From the NCBI GenBank assembly GCA_951406725.2, contig OX597825.1, positions 64,790,001-64,854,000 on the forward strand: a stretch of DNA of 64,000 nt. The letters run 5' to 3'. This DNA is from Octopus vulgaris. Lineage: Eukaryota. This document shows positions 40,000 to 54,412 of the stretch, piece by piece. Within the stretch, counting starts at the first letter, position 1. Every line of letters begins with the position of its first letter. The notes beneath the pieces are model-generated. The model had not been told where the DNA came from. It did no database searches and saw nothing but the letters and a program-made list of their open reading frames with translations. The position numbers and the translations under genes are program-made.

Positions 40000-40551
40000 T
40001 ATATTCTGCATATGCATATAGACGCACATGACATAGAAATATAAAAGTCAATGCTAGACACTCGCATAAGAGATTGATAAATATTAATCTATGCAAAATT
40101 CTATATTGCGTAGTTTCACTTTCTCTTTCCGCACACCTGCTTCTTAAGAACAAGTGACATATATTAATATTAAAGCGAGATATGCAGACGAATATCATTA
40201 ATATAAAATATATAGGAGTCATTTCGTTATAATAGGTGCTGTAGGATATTTCCGTTCTTAAAGCACCAGTAATGACACATTAAATCTATAGAACAGAATG
40301 TTTGACTTCTCTCTTTTCTTCTGATTGTACATCACACGTACTACGATAAATCTTGGTTTATATCCACATATGTTGTATTCGAGAAATCTAACATTTTGAA
40401 CTTAAGTAACCTCTTCCATTTTTCTGTTTTCTTTTCTTCCTACATTCCCCGTCTCTCTCAATATTTTGCTGCTCTCTCTCTCTCTCAGCTCATGTCTCTA
40501 TCTCCAATTATATCTATCTACCTCTCTATCTGTATGTCCCTCTCACACCTC

Positions 40552-40584
<33 letters not shown>

Positions 40585-40586
40585 GC

Positions 40587-40634
<48 letters not shown>

Positions 40635-41263
40635 CACTGGAAACCTGACAGTGTCTTCGAAGTTTCAGTCAAATTAATAGTCTACATGTTTTGGCTGCTA
40701 ATAAACCAGCACTTTGAAGTCACGGCCAAAGTAGTTTCCTTGCAAAATATAAGAAAAAAAGTACTCTACTGAAGAAATGTTTTGGATAGTCTTCCACCTT
40801 AATGTTACGTAATTTTATATATAACTTCACATAAAAGAAAACATGAACATATATATATATACTTATATAAAAGAGTATATATATATACACACATAATGGT
40901 ATTTTTATATAAACTTAAAGCTTACGGTGATCACCGTGCAATGATTAAGGAAAATAGTCTAATAAAGCGGTACATAAGAGCTCGATAGGAAAAAAGGTAG
41001 TTTTTTCCTATCCGCCTGGGAGTCCAACTCACATCTCTTTGTTAACGCGATTGAGTGTTACCTTTACACCAGCAACTCGGCCACCCCATTTCTCTCAAAT
41101 TTAAGAACTATAATAATTCGTGCTTCTATATGCTTATGGTGCGAATGGTCTATATACGGCGCCAAGTTTACAATCCTGTAAATAATAATAATTATTTCCT
41201 CCACCTCACCCTCTATTTTATATCTGATCTAAATTAACTATTTCTTAACCATCCTCTCACACC

Positions 41264-41352
41264 ATCTCCGATGATAAATATCGTGGAAACTACTGTAAGA
41301 CCTTCTATCTATAAATGTTCTAAAATCTACACAGCCTTGGTTTTTTTATCTC
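41264..41352 (+). mobile_element. Penelope-like remnant with degenerate HHR
   Basis: tct CCGATGA..GAAAc tact gta aga; downstream sequence matches the right arm of the 45191-45374 palindrome. Confidence 0.55.
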
Positions 41353-41369
41353 ATTACGAAATAAAATTT

Positions 41370-41401
<32 letters not shown>

Positions 41402-41402
<1 letters not shown>

Positions 41403-41628
41403 GGAGGCGCAATGGCCTAGTGGTTAGGGCAGCAGACTTGCGGTCGGAGGATCGCGGTTTCGATTCCCAGACCGGGCGTTGTGTGTGTTTATTGAGCGAA
41501 AAACACCTAAAAGCTCCACGAGGCTCCGGCAGGAGGTGGTGATCCCTGCTGTACTCTTTCACCACTCTAAAGGCGGTGCTGCAGCATGGCCGCAGTCAAA
41601 TGACTGAAACAAGTACAAAAAAAAAAAA
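41402..41628 (+). mobile_element. Chimeric SINE: family A head fused to family C tail
   Basis: ..tactctttcaccact|ctaaaggcggtgctgcagcatggccgcagtcaaatgactgaaacaagtac(A)n. Confidence 0.85.
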
Positions 41629-41893
41629 AGATAGATAGATAGATATAGATAGATAGATAGATAGATAGAGAGACAGACAGACAGACAGACAGACATAAAT
41701 ATGAGTGATAACAGGTATTCGTTAAAAATTTAAGCTTAAATTATTATTTGCAGGTCTATACTATACGAAACCCTCGGTATGAAATATCTAGACATAATGA
41801 TCTATAAAACACGATAGAATGTATATTCGCGTATTAATACGATCATATTAACACTCGCCCTACGAAGATACATATGTGCGTGTGTATATGCGT

Positions 41894-41926
<33 letters not shown>

Positions 41927-42157
41927 GTGTTTCTGTTATACGTGAGCATGAATTAGTAAGTATTGTGTTTTCTTTTTTGTAGAAGATAAGCAGCATTTCT
42001 TAAGTCGATGAATTAATAGAATGTTAGAGAAAGACAAACTGACAGATACAAAGAAATTCAATAAAGCATTATAGATTCATAAAAATAATTGATATACACA
42101 AAAAATATTTTCTCTCTCTTCCTTTCTCTCCCTCTCTCCCTCTCTATTTCTCTCTCT

Positions 42158-42232
<75 letters not shown>

Positions 42233-42435
42233 GTGTATTGACATGCATGCCTATACCCGGTTAATATCGCTTTAGATATGTATGTATACATGTATATAAT
42301 AAATATTTATCACTCCTGTCTTAGGCTGTATTTGTAAATGTCTTATACACAGACATAAATATATATACACACGCACTCTCTCTCTCACACTCTCCACACA
42401 CACACACACATGTATATATATATATATATGTTTGT

Positions 42436-42736
<301 letters not shown>

Positions 42737-42991
42737 GCATATTGACATTTAGTCTTTCTCATTTATATATTTTTATCAAAGCAATGTTTTGGGTGTGTAT
42801 GCTTAATGATCTGTAAATAAAGCGCAAAAACTAGTTAACTCGTTAGTACTAGTAGAAAAAGAAGTGGAGTGGAGGAGGAGAAGGAAGAGGAGGGAGTAAA
42901 GAAGAAGAAAGAAAGAAACATGAAGTACAAAAAAATACAAAGTATAGTAAAGTGATGTCAGCAGCAGCAACAACAACAGCAACGCATCAAG

Positions 42992-43025
<34 letters not shown>

Positions 43026-44858
43026 GCAATAATAGCAAAGTAACAACTAAAGTCTAACAAGCACACAAAAAGAATCGATGTATGTTCAAAATACAATCAG
43101 GTTTTCTTCGCTTCTGCTGTTTTCTTGCTTTATTTCTTTTGTTATGTTTCTTTCTCTTTTCCATCTTGTATTTGCATCATTGATAAAAGAAAAAGAAACG
43201 AAAGGTGATGAGTTCAGATATTTTGCTAAAATAATTTTATTTTCTTTACAAATTGCGTTGATTCCTTTTATACAAAATATTAGGAGTTACTCTTGTTTAA
43301 GAGTCATTTTTTTTTTTACTCTTCATATTTATTCATATATCTTTTTTCCTACTGTTCTTCCTTAAAAAAATCGGTTCATTATGTTTTTATTAATTTTGTA
43401 TCAGTTTTTTTTCTTTTGTTTTTCGCTCTTTTGTATTACGTCTTTGATTCACTTTTTAATAACTCTTGCTGTTTTTTTTTTCTTTTGTATGTGTGTGCGT
43501 GTGTTTTCTGTTTTTGACTCCCACCCAGTCTCTTTTCTTTTTATTGTGATTCCATTTCACACTGAAGTGAAACTCTTTTCTTTCAACTTTGGGGTGGAGT
43601 GTCCGTGTCTGCTATTTCACCGTTTCTAACACCACTAAAAATGTTCAACTCTTTAAGTATGATACATCTAGGCGGATTTCTATTCTCAGTTTACGCCCAG
43701 TTTTGACAAAAACAATAAAAAATATTACTAATGGTAACAAATTAGTCATCAATCACTAAAATAAAACAATGACTGTTTTTCTGTAGATGTAGTAGTGACG
43801 ATGGTATCAGTGGTATTGGTGGTATTAATGGTTACAGTAGTGTATTGTTGCTGCCGTTCTTGGTATTATGGCTACCTTCTGTCTCTTCTTCGTTTCGTTA
43901 TTATCTTTTTAACTTTGTGTGTGTGGTGTGTGTGTGTGCGTGCGTGTGTTTGTGTGTGTGTGTGTTTGAATGTGTGTCTGCACATCTACTCACATCCACA
44001 TAAATGCGCACAAGCACACCTATATACTTCTATCGATTAGGAGTTAGAAACTCTGATCATTCGATGGAATTTCTTTTTATCACGTTTTTTTTTCTTCTTT
44101 TGGTTGTTGCTGTTGTTGTTTCTTCTTTAATTAGCTTAAACTCAATTATAAAACAAATACGCCGAAAAAAAAAACTTAGGAGAAAACATAAAGACAAAAA
44201 AGCAAGAAAAACGAATGATGGAAACGTGAATAATTGAAGTAAATCCCAAAATATAAATAAAAAAAATATTTAAATAAATATACAAACAATAACAAAAACC
44301 ACGTCAAAATATACATGTGTAACCTAACATTATATGACTAACTAACAGCACATTTGCTATCAACTTGGTCTGCTTTAAAAACTCTAACATGTATTTTAGC
44401 TGATGTGCTGGCTACCATATTGCTGTTGCGATTTTACTTCAGATATGATAATAAAAAGCTAAAGAATAAAAATCAAGAACTAATACATAGGAAGAAATAT
44501 AATTTAATAAAAGTATGATATAAAGTTTTTGAGTAAATATTAAAACATAAAAATTAGAAGTAAAAGTATGGTTTTTGTTGTTTTTACAGATTTGTTTGCA
44601 TAAAATGTCTACAAAGTAAAAAGTAGGCAAGGTTTTAATTATTGAAATTTATCTCGCTTCTTTCTTTGAAATATATTCGAGTCAGTACTGGTCATAAATT
44701 ATTTCCAAATATCAGTGTACATATTATGCATATACATAAAAACGCACTTATGCACACATGCACATACTTGCATATAACTCTTTATAAACTTACGTGTATA
44801 TGATTATATATATGTATATTCATACAATATACAGATAGATAGATATACATATACACAC

Positions 44859-44917
<59 letters not shown>

Positions 44918-44991
44918 CATGTGTGTGCATATATATATGTATTTGTGTATATAAATTTATATATAAATATGTATATATACATGTATATATG

Positions 44992-45035
<44 letters not shown>

Positions 45036-45190
45036 CATATAGGTCATGAAAGGTATCCTTGACAGAAGACCCAAAAGCTATCGGGTAAACGTTAAATAAG
45101 TGCTATGAATAGAACATGGTTAAGAACCAGACTCGATAATGATACGTGTGAGGAGTGCAACGTGAGTCATGTATTAGCGTGCATATATAT

Positions 45191-45373
45191 AAATTGATAG
45201 AAGGAGATAAAAAATCCAAGGCAGTAAATGAGTTTATAACATTTATAAAAAAAAGGGCCTTACAGCTGTTTCCGGGATATAAAATATCCAGGAAACAGCT
45301 GTAAGACCAGTTCTTGGTAAATGTTGTGAAATCTATTTGCTGCCTTGGATTTTTTTATCTCTTTGTCTCAATT

Positions 45374-45374
<1 letters not shown>
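45191..45374. repeat. Fold-back palindrome centred on HHR stem II / GAAAC-AGCT-GTA
   Basis: cttacagctgtttcc gggatat aaa atatcc aggaaacagctgtaag, with outer arms gagataaaaaatccaaggcag / ctgccttggatttttttatctc. Confidence 0.85.
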
Positions 45375-45433
<59 letters not shown>

Positions 45434-46834
45434 CACACATATATATATACCAAAAGTGAGGAAGGTCGGTTTATGAGATTACCCTCGCTTTCCCTTTCAT
45501 AAAAGGTTTCATCAGACACCGAAACCTGGTGGCGTAAGACCTCTTCAAAATATAGAGGGGGGAAAAGGCTCGCTAGAAAGGTAAACAATAGAGGACTATC
45601 TCCCTCTTATTGGTTATCGACTTCCGACTGTGCCGCCATCTTGCGGGACCCAAAAGGCTAGCAGGGATTTCCTAAAATGTAGGCATGACCCGCAAGTCTC
45701 CGTTCTAAGGTTAAGGACGTCCGCTGGCTTCAGCGAATCTTGTAGGATTCTCGTGCGTTCCGCTATGGATAACTTGCAACGCTTCGTCCCGTTGATATAG
45801 GAACCTGGGGTCTCGAGGATTTTGTGTGCATGTGTCCGTCAGTATGTAAGTTAATGAAAATAGCCATCTGTATTTATATCTATTTGTCTGAAGCGAACAT
45901 ACACTGGAAGCGTAATGGAAAGCAGTTTCCCTTTCAATTTTCGAGACACCCCTACATTCTAGCTTTATTACCGCTAATATCAATGTGAATGGATTGAAAT
46001 CACAACATTTCGTCATCGCATCGTATAAAACATAGCAGCAATATTGCATATCAATGGCAAAGATTATTTATTCTACCGAATGTTTGTCGCTTGCAAACTT
46101 TGACACAGCATTATTTTCATTGACATATTCTTCAAAGGTTTACTGTTTGTTATTATGTCGCACACTTCAATTATAATGTATTTAGCTTCAGTAAATAACT
46201 GTCTGTCGCCTGTAATTACACAAACTTGTTTCGTGGGAACGAAAGCGTCTTAACCATAATCCAGTCCGTGTTTATACTGTAAACAAACTGAAAGTCGCAA
46301 ATCTATAGATGTTTAAAACAAAGAAAGCATTTGTAATTATGAAATCCTCTAGGGGTCGAATCTGTGATCATCTTTAAAGATGTTAAGGTGAGAATTAAAC
46401 CAAGTAATTAAATTTATAGTCCCAGGCCATTCTTAGTTACTTCCCTTTGCTCATTTTTGTTTTAATTTATATAGATTACAATAGGTTATGAAATTTCTCC
46501 ATTCTTTGTATACACTCCAGAGCATTTTGTGTGTTGGAGTCAAAAGAAAGAATTTTACTTTTCAGATGGAATCTCTTGAGGGAGAAACCCAACTTCATAA
46601 TTGTCCTCCTGCTTGCAGATTTTCGGTTAATCTTCTCAATGTCATTTCCAGTAAATTCATGATTTGGGGGATTATTATTCACTTCAGTCATTAAAATTTC
46701 TCCATAGTTGGTATCCTATCTATATACTTCTTACGCTGAAATATATCATAGTTTGTACATCTTGTGGAAATTCACGCCACTGGCCATTCTGTAGTGCTTC
46801 TCTTCGCTCGTTTTTCGTTTAGTCCATACATTCA

Positions 46835-46988
<154 letters not shown>

Positions 46989-48378
46989 CCAGTCTGTCTG
47001 TCTATATATTTGTATGTATGTAAGTATGTATGACATAGAAAAATGAGCTAATGTTAGTATTCACCGTCCAAAACTACTTAACGCTCACTTATCCAATTAT
47101 TCTACTTTATTTCCATACCAAAAGTGTTGCAACAAACGACTGGTTGTATTGATGTTGCTTTGTATACAATATATAAGTGACTATTAGATTATTGCAGGAA
47201 CGTTTTGGTTCTTTTGAAGCGTCAATGTGTGTGTGTGTGTATGTGTGTGCGTGTGTGTGGGTGTGTGTTTCATGAATATACTACATGACACTATTAAAGA
47301 ACGACACTTCGACATTATAGGAAAGCGGATGACACTACGCAACCTTTGGGTTAGGTAAAAATGGAAACCAGTTTGTATTCTCATCATCCCTACTTCCACA
47401 AGTATATATGAAATATTGAGTAATTTTAGCCCTAGTTACACTAGATCTGAAAATAAGCATTGATTGCATCTTATCATAGATTTTTTTCATTCAGAACTGA
47501 TCTTGAGGAAAAGAGGTGCCAATGTATAAATCTCTTCTCCATAACACTGAACAATTTAGCATAGCTTTTACAAATCACTGATGCTTCGGCTGATTATAAA
47601 TTTATCTTTTTTCTAACAAAATATCAACAAATTCACAAACGTCAACAAAAATTTTCTCATTTTACGTATCACATGTCCTTCAACGCTTCTGCAACATACA
47701 TATCAGGTCTAGTATATTGAGGACAAAAAGCAAAACTATACACAGCCACCATTAAGACATTCCTTGGTTCTATGTAAGGCCCCGCAAAAGGAAAGAGTAA
47801 CCTTAAATTACAAGCAATGTATTAGAATTATGGGTTCTTATGTCCTCCACAAAAATCAAAGCGAGAAATAAAAGGAATAACTATACATTACAACACTTAA
47901 ATCCCGAGAACTACGTTCTTATGCAACAGGCGTGTTTTATTTTTTTTTTACTTCAGAATGTCATAACGATATGGTTCAGTACTACAATAAACATGTCTAC
48001 ATCAATCCAGATTATTGCTACAAATTTAAGATAGTAGTGTCTGCGTCTTAAATTTCCCCTTGTTATTGCAAGATTTGTTATTGCAAGATTTATCATAATT
48101 TTACTTCGTCATTCCCATTTCAACAATTTAGAAAATGCTTTCACTATATCAAAACAGCGTATCCCATAACTTTAACTGCACTGGTGAGCAGAAATAAACA
48201 AATATTGTTGCATACAAACAATATACAGTAGATCTATAATGGCGTTTGCTAGTCCTGCTTGAGCATCACATCACAATAAACGGCGAAGATCATAAATCAG
48301 TGTACTATTCTCTGTAACAGGTTGTGATGTTGCATAGTCAGAGATATAAGGACGAGAGTAAACATGAAAACCGCCGAC

Positions 48379-48541
48379 AGGTGCAGGTGTAGCTGAGTGG
48401 TAAGAATTCTGCTTCTTTTAACTGCATGGTTCCAGGTTCAGTCCCGTATAGAGTGGGACCTTGGACATGCGTCTTCTGCTATAGATTCGGAGCGACCAAA
48501 GCCTGTGAGTAGATATGGTAAACAGAAACTGAAAAAAGCAC

Positions 48542-48605
<64 letters not shown>

Positions 48606-48803
48606 ATTGTTTGTGCCTGTGTCTGCATCCACATAGGTTGGGGGGTACGTCAAAGGTAACTGATGTAATAAGTACCAGGTTTGAAAAAGAAAAAAAAACA
48701 CAGGCATCGATTAGTCCGATGAAAATGTATCAAGTCGGTCCCCGAGCACGGCTGTGCAATCTTACGACAGACACAGTTAAAAAAATAAGAAAGAATATAA
48801 AGT
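48379..48803 (+). mobile_element. Old family C SINE
   Basis: aggtgcaggtgtagctgagtggtaag..ggttccaggttcagtccc..accttggaca; internal (TA)n(TG)n. Confidence 0.8.
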
Positions 48804-51615
48804 AACCGGTCTGATATAGAAGCTTTTAAAATACTATCTCCGCAATTTCCTAGAATCAGAACCACTCTAAATTAAAGGAGATATTATATGGAAGCTCTTT
48901 GTACAATAATTGTTGGAAGGTTAATCATCTCGCTTTTTCTATATACACAGTGCTTAGTATTCTAGCAACAATAATACGTGCAACGGAATAGAGATTATCC
49001 CACTTTGATTAGATCATTATACATGGATTTTGCTATGGCTACTATGGGAGTCACTAGGCATACAAGACATCGCAGTCTGTGGCAACAACTTGTCCGATTC
49101 GTCAATACCTCTGGCAATCCCCTCTTTCCAAGAATCACTATTTATGGTACTCTATTGTAAAATTTTGAGTGATCTTTCAATTTAGTATTCAAGTATATTT
49201 ATATCAAACTAAGAATAAAAACGAACATTAATATAATACTCACAAACACAAGCCTTACATATAATATATATGTATGTGTATGGTAGTATTGATGTTGCCC
49301 ATACATTCTTTTGTGTAGAGCTATATATATTAATTTATGTATGTATGTATGTACGTACGTACGTATGTATGTATGTATGTATGTATGTATGTATGTATGT
49401 ATGTATGTATGTATGTACGTATGTATGTATGTATGTTACTACAAATAACTAAACCGCTTTTCAACAATAATCACGTGTAAAATCTTAATTAAAATGACTG
49501 GAAAATATATTCTTAAACGTTATATTCACATACTTATCTATTCATTTCCCAAATTAACCTCCAAGAAAAACAACATCATAAGCATCACCGTGGAAAAAAA
49601 AAACATCATTTAAATTATATTTTTATCGCTTACGATAATTTATGCAGAATTTTCAGCTAACTGTTACTGAGACGGTTATCGATTTCTCTGATTATCTTAG
49701 AACAAATAGGGCCATTTTTATTTTTGTATGAATAGATCTGGAGAAAGAATCATTCTAAGAATGCTAAAACCGGCTTCAGAGAGAGAGAAAAGAAGAAAAA
49801 AAAAGTGCCTAATGATATCAACAACGCGCTACATATTACAAAGATTGAGAGATTGAGGAGTCATTTAATAATTTTAAAACAGAATATTTCCTGTGAAACC
49901 ATATCAGTCTGTCTGTATAGTACGCCTCATCAATTCCACCATGACTATGGCATTCGAGAAATCTACTTCAGTTATTCTAAACGGTTATAGAAGAATAGCA
50001 TTTCCCATAAGTGTTCAGAGAAAGAACATTTTGAATCGAACCAATTTAAAGAAATCATACAAAGTTGTTGAGGCAAAATGTCTGCCGTCAACTAAATCAT
50101 TTCACCATTAAAATGTATTGAAATAAATGTATGTATGTATGTATGTATGTATGTATGTATGTATGTATGTATGTAGGCAGGTAGATATATATATATACAC
50201 ATATATATATATGTATGTATATATGTATACATACATATATATATGTATGTATATATGTATACATACATATATATACATGTATGCATGCAGGTATATGTGT
50301 ACATATCCTCTCATACATGTATACACATGTATATAAAAGATAACTAATGCACATACACAAATATGCATATGGAAACACACAAGCTCTGGAACGCGCTCTC
50401 TTACACAGATATATATATATAACATTCACACACATATGTCTATACACAATTACACATACTGATGTTGAAATATTTTACAATAAAAATTGCTTATATTGCT
50501 ATAGTTCGGTTTGTCATCGAATCATAATTTTGCAATGGATGACTACTATAGGCTATATATAACATATATATTGGGGGAGGGAGATGAGATAGTGTGAACT
50601 AAGTGAAAGTAAGGGAACAAAAGTTACATATATATATATAAAGTGGTGATAACGGAGTAGCAGTGAGATCGATCAAAGCTGACAGATTTAAAGAAAATAA
50701 AGAGATGTGATATATATTTAATTAGTGAAAAATCTGCTTGATTTGAGAAATCCTGTAGTGTCGCGCATGATAGTTATATGTTGAGAACAGTCACGTATGT
50801 ACGATATTTTCATTAGGTACGACATTTCTCGGTATAACATTATGTAATCTACGTGCCTAGACCTATAATTTCTTTCAACGCATCTTAATCCACGAAAAAT
50901 TAAGAATATTGTCTTTTAATATTTCGAACACACCTACTTCGCGAAAAAAATTCTGGTACATACATGCTCACCCTAAATACGTAAATCTATCTATCTATCT
51001 AACTATCTATCTATCTAAGTATCTATCTATCTGTATGTCTGTCTGTATGTCTGTATGTCTGTCTGTCTGTCCCGTGTATATATAAACGGATCTGTTAGGT
51101 CGGAAATCTTGTCTTGGGATCTGCGTTGATTCGTTGCCTTTTAACAGCAACGCCTGTGCCACCGCTGGTCTCGCGCTGTATTGGCTTATGTTGTCGGAGT
51201 TCCCTTGTGTATGAGTATCGGTGGCAAAAACAAAAATAATTTTGCACGGTCAGAAAAGAGTCAGGTGCCTTGACTAACAGGCGTTTCACCCTGAAATGTT
51301 TCAGCTCCGTGAAGTTAGTCAAGTTTTACTGGTTAGTGTATTTGATATAATAATCAAATAACTGCGTATTAATTTTGAAGCAGATTTAGTATCTACTGGC
51401 AGCGTCTCCAGGGAAAAAACAGCAATATTTTAGAATCAACATACTGCTGCGTAAATTACAACCGATTATATTTTAAAATACAGTTCCGTGTATACTGACT
51501 GCGCAATAAAAGAAAGGATGTTTACTCCTAGAGATCATTTAATAAGGATTTGTGCGTCAATCACAGCTGATTCTAGGCGAAGTCAAACGAAAATTCTGGG
51601 CAAAGTGAAGCCCAG

Positions 51616-51725
51616 CTATAGTATGTATGCAGCACAACTATAGTATGTATGTCAAGCACAACTATAGTATGTATGCAGCACAACTATAGTACGTATGTCA
51701 AGCACAACTATAGTATGTATGCAGC
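51616..51725. repeat. Minisatellite of alternating 22/24-bp units
   Basis: ctatagtatgtatgcagcacaa alternates with ctatagtatgtatgtcaagcacaa. Confidence 0.95.
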
Positions 51726-51807
51726 GAAGGAACATTGTTACATTACTATTGCTTCCTGTTTGTTTATTTCAGGAAATGGTTTAGGGTGTTTATGGTTATT
51801 ATCTATG

Positions 51808-52420
51808 CTTATCTTGTTCCAGAGCTCCGCTTTGAAGGGCTTCCGTAGATCGAACCGATCCCAGATTTTTAAAGCCTGGTACTTTTTTCTATCAGCTTCT
51901 TTTTGGCAAACTGCTAAGTTACGTGGACGTAAACTAACCAACATCGGTTGTCAAGTGGTGGTAGAGGCAAATACGAGCGCGAAGACACAGTTATATGTAC
52001 ATATATACGACGGGCGGCGAGCTGGCAGAAACGTTAGCACGCCGGGCGAAATGCGTTGCCGTATTTCGTCTGCCGTTACGTTCCGAGTTCAAATTCCGCT
52101 GAGGTCGACTTTGCCTTTCATCCTTCCGGGGTCGATAAATTAAGTACCTGTTACGCACTGGGGTCGATGTAATCGACTTAATCCGTTTGTCTTTCCTTGT
52201 TTGTCTCCCCTGTGTTTATCCCCTTGTGGGTAGTAAAGAAATATATATGTACATATTTACGACAGGTTCTTCCCCTTTTGGACTACAGTATCCGCTCAGC
52301 AGGGCCTAGGCGCCTGGGGGGCTATGGCAAAAGACACTTGCCAACGGTGCCACGCAAAGAGATTGGCCTGAAAGCTGCATCATTCGAAGAGCTAGCTTCC
52401 CAACCACACAGCGACGCGTA
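51808..52420 (-). mobile_element. Old family C SINE interrupted by a young family B SINE
   Basis: Tail half 51808-52012, head half 52244-52420. Confidence 0.75.
52013..52243 (+). mobile_element. Full-length monomeric young family B SINE
   Basis: ggcggcgagctggcag...gtagtaaagaaata; about 20-bp TSD tatatgtacatat(a/t)tacgac. Confidence 0.95.
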
Positions 52421-52876
52421 ATCCTACAGACACGCATACGACTATATATAATGAAATCCTGTATTCAGCCAAACGCTAAACTAATAATATTTTTAAAATT
52501 CGGTCGCTGTTTCTTGACATCTTAAGTATAGCCAGTGTTGACATTATTTGTAATCTATCCTAGCTCGATAACATCATTAGGTCTAAGAAATTGTACACCA
52601 CCTATTGTTGAATTTGGTTGTTTATTGACTTTAGCAAATGTGTTAATATATTTTACACCACTTAATATTCTATGAACAAACTCTCTTCTATTGTTTCTAT
52701 ATGTACTCTATGACCTCTAGTAAGTAAACTCAAAATAAACTAGATGTCTTTTGCATAGATACCGTTCAGATGTCTAGAAATACAAATGGTGTTACAAATA
52801 TTGGTTATTTGTCAAACGATAAAAATTACAATTCCACCACTTGTATAGGAATATACGCGCAATATATATATTCAAA

Positions 52877-53030
52877 AGAGTGGCTGTGTGATAAGACCCC
52901 AACCACATGGTTCCGGGTTCAGTACTACAATGTGGCACTTTGGTTAAGTGTCTTCTACTATAACCTCGAGCCAACCAAATCCTAGTTAGCGGAGTTGGTG
53001 GACGAAAACTGAAAGAATCCCGTCATGTAC

Positions 53031-53093
<63 letters not shown>

Positions 53094-53280
53094 TGTGTGT
53101 ATGTATGTATATATGCATTGTGTGTCTGTGTTTGTCCCCCCACCATCGCTTGACAGCTGATATTAGTGTGCTTATGTCCCCGTACAAAGAGTAAGACCTG
53201 GGGTCGATTCGTTCCACTAAAAGAGGTGTTCCAACATGGCCGCAGTCAAATGACTGAAACCAGTAAAAGAATAGAAGAAT
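52877..53280 (+). mobile_element. Family C SINE
   Basis: gagtggctgtgtg..ggttccgggttcag..gcagtcaaatgactgaaac. Confidence 0.85.
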
Positions 53281-53525
53281 ACATATATATATAATTTCAG
53301 TAAAACAATTAAGATTCAAGTGAGTTCCAATGAATTCACATAAATGTGGTACTTAACTTAGATGCACCAGAAATCTTTATGGCATTAACCATATATATAT
53401 ATATATATATAAGAAAAATGCAATTTAAACGATGTTTATTTACTTAACCGGTTTCACTCTTTTGTAAAAGTTTGTCAAAAGTTACATTTAAGGAAACATT
53501 GAATAATATGGGTTCACATATATAA

Positions 53526-53572
<47 letters not shown>

Positions 53573-53654
53573 CACACGCACACATACATACATAATATAA
53601 ATATCACACAAATACACCTAGCATATATATACACACATACAATACACACATACA

Positions 53655-53900
53655 GTGTGTGTGTATGTGTGTTATATATCTGTGTATGTTATATATAGAT
53701 ACATGTTATATTTGTGTGCTGTGTGTATATGTGATATATGTGGGTGCGTTGTGTGTGGGTGTGTGTGTTCTGTGTGTGTGTGTGTGTGTTATATATCTGT
53801 GTATGTTATATATAGATACATGTTATATTTGTGTGCTGTGTGTATATGTGATATATGTGGGTGCGTTGTGTGTGGGTGTGTGTGTTCTGTGTGTGTGTGT
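53655..53900. repeat. Tandem duplication of a ~118-bp degenerate (TG)n unit
   Basis: gtgttatatatctgtgtatgttatatatagatac..gtgttctgtg occurs twice. Confidence 0.9.
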
Positions 53901-54412
53901 GTGTTGTTTGTATGTGGTGTGTGTTTGTATACTACGTGTGTGTGTGTGTTGTTGTGTGTGTGTGTGTGTGTGTATATATATGTGTGTGACAAACAGACGC
54001 TATCTGACCAGCAGGCACGGACACATCTGTTCACACCCGCATACTAACCTCCTGATAACCCCAAAATCATTCATGCATAAAGGGGAAGTATACACCACAT
54101 TGGCTACTTCCTCTTTTCTCTCAGTTCAGCCTTTCTGCTAATACCGACAGGTCAGTAAAAACATATTCTCGCCTTGAACTTAAAATATTCTGAGATGTAT
54201 AAAAAATCCATTTTAATTTTTGCTGTCAAAAGGCTGTATATATATACCAAAGATTGTATATATATACATGTAATGTGACAATTTGCGACAACCAATAATT
54301 AACGCAACCAATTCCCAATAATATATTTGTTTTATCCTTTTCTGCCAAATTTTCCCAAATACTCTCATCACACTATTGAACTTCTCTGTTACCAAACACT
54401 ATATTTATACAT

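Noticed and set aside
47490-48155. RT-like words on the minus strand (FDIVKAF; frameshifted PQGSVL)
   Set aside because: Spacing is far too long for an RT domain and the intervening sequence is unrecognisable.
48978-49160. RTE-like C-terminal peptide RSLWQQLV
   Set aside because: Too short and decayed to support without a search.
50985-51130. Possible Helitron/HINE 5' end with (GTCT)n
   Set aside because: No matching sub-TIR or 3' hairpin found.
51616-51725. CRISPR-like periodicity
   Set aside because: No unique spacers and a eukaryotic context; plain minisatellite.
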